Positions 57,597-64,000 of a DNA stretch of 64,000 bases are shown here, in pieces. Below the pieces are notes generated by a model. That model saw nothing but the letters and a program-made list of their open reading frames with translations. It searched no databases and was not told where the DNA came from. The position numbers and the translations under genes were made by a program. The stretch's first letter is position 1; every line of letters begins with the position of its first letter. The stretch covers positions 12,678-76,677 of the forward strand of contig CALKGM010000012.1 in assembly GCA_938084675.1 (NCBI GenBank), given 5' to 3'. This stretch comes from Candidatus Poseidoniaceae archaeon (GTDB lineage Archaea; Thermoplasmatota; Poseidoniia; Poseidoniales; Poseidoniaceae).

Positions 57597-58601
57597 ATGA
57601 GCGACCGCCTATATGTTGGAATTGACCTAGGAACCTACCAATCAACCATTGCTTCAAGCGCTGGGAAAATGCACACCATTGAGACCGTCGTTGGTCGTCC
57701 AAAGGACCCTGTTGCACGTAATTTCCTTGGACGCGATGTCCTGTTTGGTGATGACGCCCTCAAAAATAAGCTCGCTTGCAATCTTTACCGCCCAATGGCC
57801 GCCGGAGTTACGCAAGACGATGAAGCCAATCTCGCAGCAGCAAAGGCATTCGTCTCCCATTTGCTTGAGACCGTTGACCCAGAAGAATTCGACGAAGTTC
57901 TTGGAGTCATCTGCTCCCCAAGCCACGTTTCCTTTACCGACAAATCCAACCTGGTAGCAACTCTACGAGGACAAGTTAACGCCATTATGGTCGTTACCGA
58001 GCCTTTTGCAACCGCATATGGAATTGATGAAATCGCAGGTTCAATCGTTGTTGACATCGGTGCTGGAACAACTGACATCGCTCGGGTCTACGGAACTTTC
58101 CCAACTGACGAGGACCAAGTAACCATCACCGAAGCCGGAGACTGGTTGGACTTGGAACTCATGACTCTTATTCGCAAGAAGTACACAGGAGCTCAAGTCA
58201 CCAAGGACATGGTCCGAAAGTGGAAGGAAGCATCCTCCTACGTTGGTGGCGATGTCCGTGAAGTTACCGTTGAACTCTCTGTTGACGGAAAGCGACAAGT
58301 TGTTGACATTGGTGATTTGATTCAAGAAGCGTGTGAACTCATTATCCCAAAGATTGGGAATGCTATCAAGCGTAACGTTGCAGGCGCAGACCCTGAATAC
58401 CAACCAATTCTCCGAAACAACATCATCCTCTCTGGCGGAGGCTCCCTCATCGATGGATGTGCTGAGCGAATCGCCTCAGAAATCTCTGATATTGGAGATG
58501 TTCGTGTCTGGTGTGTTGAAGACCCAATCAACTCAGTGGCTGCTGGTGCTTTGAAACTCGCCAGTGAAATGCCTGATGACATGTACACCTCCATCAACTG
58601 A
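57597..58601 (+). CDS. actin-like ATPase of the MreB / Ta0583 / MamK type (ASKHA fold)
   Basis: 334 aa. Phosphate-1 VGIDLGTYQST, phosphate-2 VVDIGAGTTDIA, adenosine ILSGGGSLIDG. GGTGA Shine-Dalgarno 8 nt upstream of the ATG. Confidence 0.8.
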   Translation: MSDRLYVGIDLGTYQSTIASSAGKMHTIETVVGRPKDPVARNFLGRDVLFGDDALKNKLACNLYRPMAAGVTQDDEANLAAAKAFVSHLLETVDPEEFDEVLGVICSPSHVSFTDKSNLVATLRGQVNAIMVVTEPFATAYGIDEIAGSIVVDIGAGTTDIARVYGTFPTDEDQVTITEAGDWLDLELMTLIRKKYTGAQVTKDMVRKWKEASSYVGGDVREVTVELSVDGKRQVVDIGDLIQEACELIIPKIGNAIKRNVAGADPEYQPILRNNIILSGGGSLIDGCAERIASEISDIGDVRVWCVEDPINSVAAGALKLASEMPDDMYTSIN

Positions 58602-58681
58602 TTCGGCACTCTTCAAAGGGTCTCAAATCAGCACTGCTTTGCCCTGTCGTGGCGGGAAGGTTCAAGTGTGGTTAATACGCG

Positions 58682-59962
58682 ATGAGCAACCGTATGACGG
58701 TAGATGCTTCATCTCCTGGTGGAATTCGTCGGGTTGGAACCTCGACCAACGATGAGCGAGCAGCCCTTGAGGGAATGCTGAAAGGATATCCGATTGAGCA
58801 ACTCGTTGACGAGGTGCTCATCGCTTGGGATGAACTCGCAAAACGAAACGATGAACTCGTTACTGTCAAACAGCGCCTACGCGTGGTAGAATTGGATTTG
58901 GCCGAGCGTCACGACCAGGTTGCGCCTGAACTTGCCAAACTAGCTGAATCGGAACAGGCATTGCGGGAAGCAGATGCGAAAATCATTCACATTGAACGCG
59001 TACTAGCGGACACCAAGGCTGAATTATCTTCTCAACAATCTTCTCTTTCCCAACAAGAACGATCTTCAATGGAAGATGAAGTATCTCAGTTACGAGACCT
59101 CACCACCCAGCAAGACGAGGTTATCGGTGAAATGGAAGGACGCATCTCGCAAATGGTTGAAGCGCTTGAGCGAGCCGCAGATGCTGGTCTAACATCGGTT
59201 ACAGCAGAAGAAGTTCGCTTGCTAAAGAATCAGGTCGACGAGAAGAAGCGTCAGCTCGAAGTTGAGAAGGCTGCTGCCGAAGCACTTGAGGAAGAGCGCC
59301 AACGATTGAGAGATATTGCTGACCGTCTTCGTGGACTCTTGGATGCTCGTGACCGCCGTCTAGGAGAACTTGAGGAGCAATTGGAGCGCGTCATGCAGGG
59401 CCCACGCTCCGTTTCCGCAGAACACGATTACCTCGTTGAGCAAATCGAAGAACTCAAGCGTCGCCTTCTTGAACGAAACCGGGAATATGAATCACTACGC
59501 CGACGAGAACGACGCCTTCACAACGATGTGTTTGAGCGTGACGAGCGTTTGCAACAGATTACACTCACCATGACCGATCTTGAAGCTGCACTTCAAGACC
59601 GAACCGCTGAATTGCGTGAATTGGAAGACCAACGAAGTTCAATGGAACATGAATTACATTCTGCGCGCCGAAGTGAGCGTACCCGGGAAGTTGTCGGACG
59701 AGTCTTTGCGGATTCCCTATCTCTCGTGCGAAGTCACGAAAGCCGCGAGTTGAAGCGAGAACTCTATGCAAATGCACCAGACGTTGAGCGTACTATTGAA
59801 TCGCCCTCTACCGAAGATATGGCTCGGCTGGCAGAAGGAAGTGAATTGGAACTCAACACGAAGGAAACGGTTCTTGAGAAAGGCATGGACGTTGAGGGGG
59901 TAAGGCCTCCATCTCCCGGTGGAACCGGAGACCCTGTTCTCTTTGATGAAGAAAACGAATGA
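58682..59962 (+). CDS. long coiled-coil protein (426 aa), E/R/L/Q-rich, no TM
   Basis: ATG 80 bp after the actin-like gene. Heptad-like LxxLxxE patterns throughout (ELDLAERHDQVAPELAKLAESEQALREADAKIIHIERVLADTKAEL...). Confidence 0.6.
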   Translation: MSNRMTVDASSPGGIRRVGTSTNDERAALEGMLKGYPIEQLVDEVLIAWDELAKRNDELVTVKQRLRVVELDLAERHDQVAPELAKLAESEQALREADAKIIHIERVLADTKAELSSQQSSLSQQERSSMEDEVSQLRDLTTQQDEVIGEMEGRISQMVEALERAADAGLTSVTAEEVRLLKNQVDEKKRQLEVEKAAAEALEEERQRLRDIADRLRGLLDARDRRLGELEEQLERVMQGPRSVSAEHDYLVEQIEELKRRLLERNREYESLRRRERRLHNDVFERDERLQQITLTMTDLEAALQDRTAELRELEDQRSSMEHELHSARRSERTREVVGRVFADSLSLVRSHESRELKRELYANAPDVERTIESPSTEDMARLAEGSELELNTKETVLEKGMDVEGVRPPSPGGTGDPVLFDEENE

Positions 59963-59967
59963 AGCCT

Positions 59968-60783
59968 TCAGTTGCTTGAACAAGCACCGACCAGACGTTG
60001 GAGGCGATTGCGGAGTTCTTCTATTGATGCCGCGTCTTCGGTAACGGTACCTGTAACGACCCAGTCCGCGCCGGCTTCAACTGCAGCCTCCACATCAGAA
60101 GTAGTTCGTAAGCCACCACCCACAATCAGTGTTAACCCTTCAACCTCTTTTGCTTTCTTAATCAAATCAATGTGAACGGGTGAACTCGCTCCGCTTCCTG
60201 CCTCTAAGTATAACAGAGAAAAACCGTACATCTTAGCGCAGAGCGCGTAAGCGTGAACCAATTCAACATCCGTAGGTTGGAGCAACTCCGCAGCCCCAAC
60301 TTCACCAACACGACCGCCTGGGGCGCAGACGACATACCCTGTTGGTAGGGCTTCAACACCAAACTTCTCCAGGTATGGAGCTCCTCGAATTTGTTCTCCG
60401 ACCAAAAATTCTCGTTTTGTTGAATTCATGAGCATCATAAATGTGATTGCATCCGCAGCCGGAGACAAGGCATGGGCGCCACCTGGAAACAGAACTACGG
60501 GGATATCCCACTGAGATTCATCGCCTTCGGGGTCTTGGCTGGATGCGAACATTCTCAACTCAAAGGCTTCTTGAATGGCCTGGCACGTTGAATGGACAAT
60601 GTTGTCGGGTGTGTCGGTTGATCCTCCCACGAAAACCATTTTTGAACCGGACTCTACGGCAACCATCGCCCTTTGGGCCGCTGTATCGGGGCTTTGCTTT
60701 GCTGGATCAATCAGCGTGATGTGGCGAGCGGAGTGATGGCCTCTGCGCACTTTTTCCAAAACTGTGGTCTCTCCAACGTGCAT
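59968..60783 (-). CDS. geranylgeranylglyceryl phosphate synthase (GGGPS / PcrB family)
   Basis: HITLIDP, FVGGS, LLYLEAGSGA, IVGGGLR signatures of GGGP synthase. The stop is 5 bp from the convergent coiled-coil gene. Confidence 0.88.
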   Translation of the reverse strand: MHVGETTVLEKVRRGHHSARHITLIDPAKQSPDTAAQRAMVAVESGSKMVFVGGSTDTPDNIVHSTCQAIQEAFELRMFASSQDPEGDESQWDIPVVLFPGGAHALSPAADAITFMMLMNSTKREFLVGEQIRGAPYLEKFGVEALPTGYVVCAPGGRVGEVGAAELLQPTDVELVHAYALCAKMYGFSLLYLEAGSGASSPVHIDLIKKAKEVEGLTLIVGGGLRTTSDVEAAVEAGADWVVTGTVTEDAASIEELRNRLQRLVGACSSN

Positions 60784-60881
60784 GGCCCTCGGTTCACCGT
60801 CACGGCGGGCAGGGCATAGGACTTACGCTAGCGAGCGATTTCAACGGGAGGCTTCTCAAAGCCCCCCATCGTCCCAAGAAC

Positions 60882-62666
60882 ATGAGCGAGGAGGGGCCGT
60901 TTCGGCGATTGCTAACTTACATGAGTCCTCACAGGGCAACTATCCGACTTGCTTCGTTCTGTTCGGTATTCAACAAAATATGGGACCTCGCGCCCCCGCT
61001 ATTGATTGGATTGGCGGTAGATGTTGTTGTTCTCAAGGAAGATTCCCTGCTTGCGTCGTATGGTTTAGTTGACCCTTGGCACCAACTTATTCTCCTTTCT
61101 GTGCTTACTTTTCTCATATGGGGCCTTGAATCCCTCTTCGAATATTTTTACGGCATTTTATGGAGGAACTTAGCCCAAACAGTTCAACATGAACTACGGC
61201 TTGATACCTTTGACCACGTCCAACAACAAGGCATGGGATGGTTTGATGAGCGCCAGAAAGGAGACATTCTCGCTATTCTCAACGATGACATCAACCAGCT
61301 TGAGCGGTTTTTAGACAAGGGGGCAAATGATTTGCTTCAGGTGAGTACCACCGTACTGGTTGTTGGAGCCGTTTTCTTGGTGATATCATGGGAAGTTGCT
61401 CTGTTCGCTGTGCTTCCGATCCCCCTCATCGTGTGGGGTTCCTTCCGGTATCAGCGCAGTCTTGAGCCAAGATATGCAAAGGTAAGAAGCACCGCTGGAA
61501 AGATGAACGCACTTCTTGAAAACGACTTGTCGGGAATGTCAACCATTCAGTCCTTTACCGCAGAAGAGCGCGAAATGAAGCGGGTTGAAGCGCTGAGTAA
61601 CGAATACCGAGACGCTAACCGAGAAGCTATTCGCTTGTCTGCAGCATTCACGCCTCTTATTCGGATGGCCATCCTTTGTGGATTTACCGCCACGCTACTG
61701 CTTGGAGGTTGGATGGCCCTTGAGGGCACACTTGCTATCGGGGCATACTCGGTTCTGGTATTCATGACGCAGCGGCTACTTTGGCCTCTTACTCGGTTAG
61801 GTGAAACCTTCGACCTTTACCAGCGAGCCATGGCTTCTTCCACTCGCGTACTGGACGTGCTAACCTCGCCTACAGAAGTCAAGCAAGGCGTGTATGAACC
61901 TGAATTAGAAGACATAGCAACTTCAAACATCGTTCTCAATGATGTCACCTTTGCTTATCCTGAGCGTGACAATGTTTTCTCCACTCTTAATCTGGAATTG
62001 GAAGCAGGACATACAACTGGCGTTGTTGGCTCTACAGGCGCTGGAAAAACAACACTTGTTCGGCTCCTACTACGCTTTGCTGAGCCTACATCCGGGGAGA
62101 TTACATGGTCGGGGGCACCCATCCCAGATTGGAAGCTAAGCCATCTACGCTCATCGATTGCAATGGTTGACCAACACATCACGCTATTTCCAACGACCAT
62201 CATGGAAAACATCCGATATGGGAATCCTGACTGCACTGATGATGAAGTCAAAGAAGCCGCTGCTACTGCGGAAGCTACCGGATTTATTGGAGAACTGCCT
62301 GACGGTTGGGATACCATGGTTGGAGAAGGCGGTCACCGGCTTTCTGGTGGCCAGCGACAAAGGCTTGCAATCGCTCGTGCTGTTCTCAAAGACGCCCCAC
62401 TTTTAGTCTTGGACGAAGCTACCTCCGCCGTGGATAACGAAACTGAAGCCGCACTCCAGCGTTCAATTGGCCGGATTTCAAAGGACAGGACAACCGTCAT
62501 CATAGCCCACCGACTTTCTACAGTACGAAATGCGCATCGAATCTTGGTTTTTGAAAACGGAAAGGTCATTGAAGATGGAAGTCATGATGAGTTGGTTCAA
62601 CTGAAAGGAACCTATGCTCGCCTTTGGGACGTGCAGACTGGAATTTCATCTCCCTCGATTCAATGA
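60882..62666 (+). CDS. ABC transporter, fused permease/ATP-binding exporter (MsbA/ABCB-like)
   Basis: Six-TM N-terminal domain. Walker A GSTGAGKTT, signature LSGGQRQRLAIARA, Walker B LVLDEATSAVD, H-loop IAHRLST. Confidence 0.92.
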   Translation: MSEEGPFRRLLTYMSPHRATIRLASFCSVFNKIWDLAPPLLIGLAVDVVVLKEDSLLASYGLVDPWHQLILLSVLTFLIWGLESLFEYFYGILWRNLAQTVQHELRLDTFDHVQQQGMGWFDERQKGDILAILNDDINQLERFLDKGANDLLQVSTTVLVVGAVFLVISWEVALFAVLPIPLIVWGSFRYQRSLEPRYAKVRSTAGKMNALLENDLSGMSTIQSFTAEEREMKRVEALSNEYRDANREAIRLSAAFTPLIRMAILCGFTATLLLGGWMALEGTLAIGAYSVLVFMTQRLLWPLTRLGETFDLYQRAMASSTRVLDVLTSPTEVKQGVYEPELEDIATSNIVLNDVTFAYPERDNVFSTLNLELEAGHTTGVVGSTGAGKTTLVRLLLRFAEPTSGEITWSGAPIPDWKLSHLRSSIAMVDQHITLFPTTIMENIRYGNPDCTDDEVKEAAATAEATGFIGELPDGWDTMVGEGGHRLSGGQRQRLAIARAVLKDAPLLVLDEATSAVDNETEAALQRSIGRISKDRTTVIIAHRLSTVRNAHRILVFENGKVIEDGSHDELVQLKGTYARLWDVQTGISSPSIQ

Positions 62667-62684
62667 AAACAGCGTATAGCGGTC

Positions 62685-62718
62685 GGTTTTTCCTTTTTTT
62701 CCCGTAGTAAGAAAAAAA
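62685..62718 (+). terminator. oligo-T tract plus T7/A7 hairpin downstream of the ABC transporter gene
   Basis: ggtttttcctttttttccc followed by tttttttc-ccgtagtaa-gaaaaaaa, 19 nt after the TGA. Confidence 0.45.
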
Positions 62719-62725
62719 CAGCACT

Positions 62726-62734
62726 TTATATCCT
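62726..62734 (+). promoter_or_regulatory. TATA box (TTTATATCC) for the rhodopsin gene, ~30 bp upstream of the ATG
   Basis: The spacing implies a leaderless or very short-leader transcript. Confidence 0.5.
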
Positions 62735-62762
62735 CGGTGAAGCCGACAATCGATTGAGAACC

Positions 62763-63638
62763 ATGATAAAAGATAAGTTTTCTAAGACCACAAGCCTGCT
62801 GTTAATTGGAACCATTGCTCTAGCAATGGCCGGAACGGTAAGCGCCGTAGACCCAAAGCCAATTGGTGCAGATGGCCTACCTGAATTCGTAACTGCCGAA
62901 GGTGCGACCTTGGAACTGGTTACCTTCTTCCTCTTCTTCGTGGGATACATCGCAATGGGCGCGGCTTTCGTCTTCTTCATGAGTGAGCGTAGTAATGTAG
63001 CCCCTGAATACCGAACAACAATGACCATCTCGGCATTGATTGTTGGTATTGCTGCTTTCCACTACTATTACATGCGCGGAGTTTATGCAGACTACGGCAC
63101 CGTTTCTATCGAATACCGATACATGGATTGGATCATTACTGTTCCATTGATGGCCCTCAAATTCCCGTCCCTCGTTGGAAAGGAAGCCATCACTGACGCA
63201 AAATTCCTCGGAATGGGCTTCACCGGTGTTTGTTTCACAGGTGCGCTCATCATGATTGGATTTGGATACCTCGGTGAATCTGGCGCCCTTGGCGGCGCAG
63301 CTGGTGGATGGGCTGGTCTCATTCTCGGTGGCGTTGGCTGGGCAATGATTGTTGTCGCCACCGGGACCCCTTGGTCTTCTGGAAAGGGCGTAGATAACAG
63401 CAAAATTGCACCTGAACTCATGTGGAGCGCAAACGCCCTCCGCTGGTTCATTGTTGTCGGATGGGTCATCTATCCTATCGGCTATCTCTTCAGTCCTGGA
63501 GCAGAACTCGGCCTCGGTGACGGCAACCAAGAACTTCTTGCTGTGTTCTACAACATTGCAGACATCATCAACAAGATCGGATTCGGTATTGTCGCATGGA
63601 TGGGTGCAAAGAAAGCAACCGAAGCAATGGCAGCCTGA
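62763..63638 (+). CDS. proteorhodopsin-type microbial rhodopsin (light-driven proton pump candidate)
   Basis: Seven TM helices. Helix C RYMDWIITVPLMALKF aligns gap-free to the proteorhodopsin RYIDWLLTVPLLICEF. Schiff-base lysine in helix G (DIINKIGFGIVAW). ATG at 62763 (track uses TTG 62754). Confidence 0.9.
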   Translation: MIKDKFSKTTSLLLIGTIALAMAGTVSAVDPKPIGADGLPEFVTAEGATLELVTFFLFFVGYIAMGAAFVFFMSERSNVAPEYRTTMTISALIVGIAAFHYYYMRGVYADYGTVSIEYRYMDWIITVPLMALKFPSLVGKEAITDAKFLGMGFTGVCFTGALIMIGFGYLGESGALGGAAGGWAGLILGGVGWAMIVVATGTPWSSGKGVDNSKIAPELMWSANALRWFIVVGWVIYPIGYLFSPGAELGLGDGNQELLAVFYNIADIINKIGFGIVAWMGAKKATEAMAA

Positions 63639-63707
63639 ACATAATCATCATGTCCCCCCAATGAGGCGGGGCGGCTTTGGTCGTCCCGTTTCATGGTGAC
63701 TGTTTGA

Positions 63708-64000
63708 CTACGCTTCAACGGGAGCCACGAATGTTGCTAAGGCAGTGCTGAGTACATACATGCACGCGGTAACAACAATGCCTAATGCGAGTGATGATTC
63801 AAAACTCCAACCCCTTCGTAACAGGTAGGGTAAGAGAATGAACAAGCGCATCGATGGGAAAATGAGCCAAAGTATGCCTTCCGCATAGCGAGGTACATGT
63901 TCCGTATCTTTGGTATCGCTGTACAACCAGATGATCGAAAGAATGCTCATGAAGGGTATTGAAATAAGCAGGGCTCCGTAGAGAGTTGAATGTTTTGCAA
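63708..64000 (-). CDS. polytopic membrane protein, C-terminal part only (the frame stays open to the window end)
   Basis: Hand translation upstream of the track's Met (63950) shows no stop up to 64000. Hydrophobic helices. Convergent with the rhodopsin gene. Confidence 0.4.
   Translation of the reverse strand, partial: AKHSTLYGALLISIPFMSILSIIWLYSDTKDTEHVPRYAEGILWLIFPSMRLFILLPYLLRRGWSFESSLALGIVVTACMYVLSTALATFVAPVEA

Overview
The window is a 64 kb slice of what looks like a marine planktonic Thermoplasmatota archaeon (Marine Group II / Poseidoniales-like). The assignment rests on an archaeal gene set read directly from the ORFs, with no database search: thermosome, GGGP synthase, archaeal DnaG, prefoldin alpha + FtsY + ribosomal LX, L18e-L13-S9, a PGF-CTERM sorting signal, a Ta0583/MreB-like actin, and a proteorhodopsin with Met at the spectral-tuning position. 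About 55 protein genes, one candidate tRNA-Cys, no CRISPR, no transposase or integrase. Coding density is high, with many 4-nt overlaps and leaderless-type promoters.

The most unusual content, in roughly descending order of interest:
- A surface/secreted-protein segment at 1.9-14.7 kb: a 2,699-aa type-I membrane giant protein packed with DxDxDG calcium-binding repeats, followed by a secreted protein whose DNA carries perfect 9/12-bp tandem repeats encoding a ~190-aa Gly-Gln tract.
- An actin-like ATPase gene immediately followed by a 426-aa coiled-coil protein (57.6-60.0 kb), a candidate cytoskeletal module.
- A proteorhodopsin whose helix-C motif reads D-T-K (Lys at the proton-donor position) with Met at position 105.
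- A triple fasciclin + cupredoxin + PGF-CTERM surface protein whose TATA box lies inside the 3' end of the enolase gene.
- An unannotated 38-aa Cys4 zinc-ribbon miniprotein, an ARLAEE 18-bp tandem-repeat membrane protein, and a Rieske / FAD-oxidoreductase / SDR operon.

All coordinates are taken from the supplied ORF track or from hand codon arithmetic; sub-ORF coordinates may be off by 1-2 nt.
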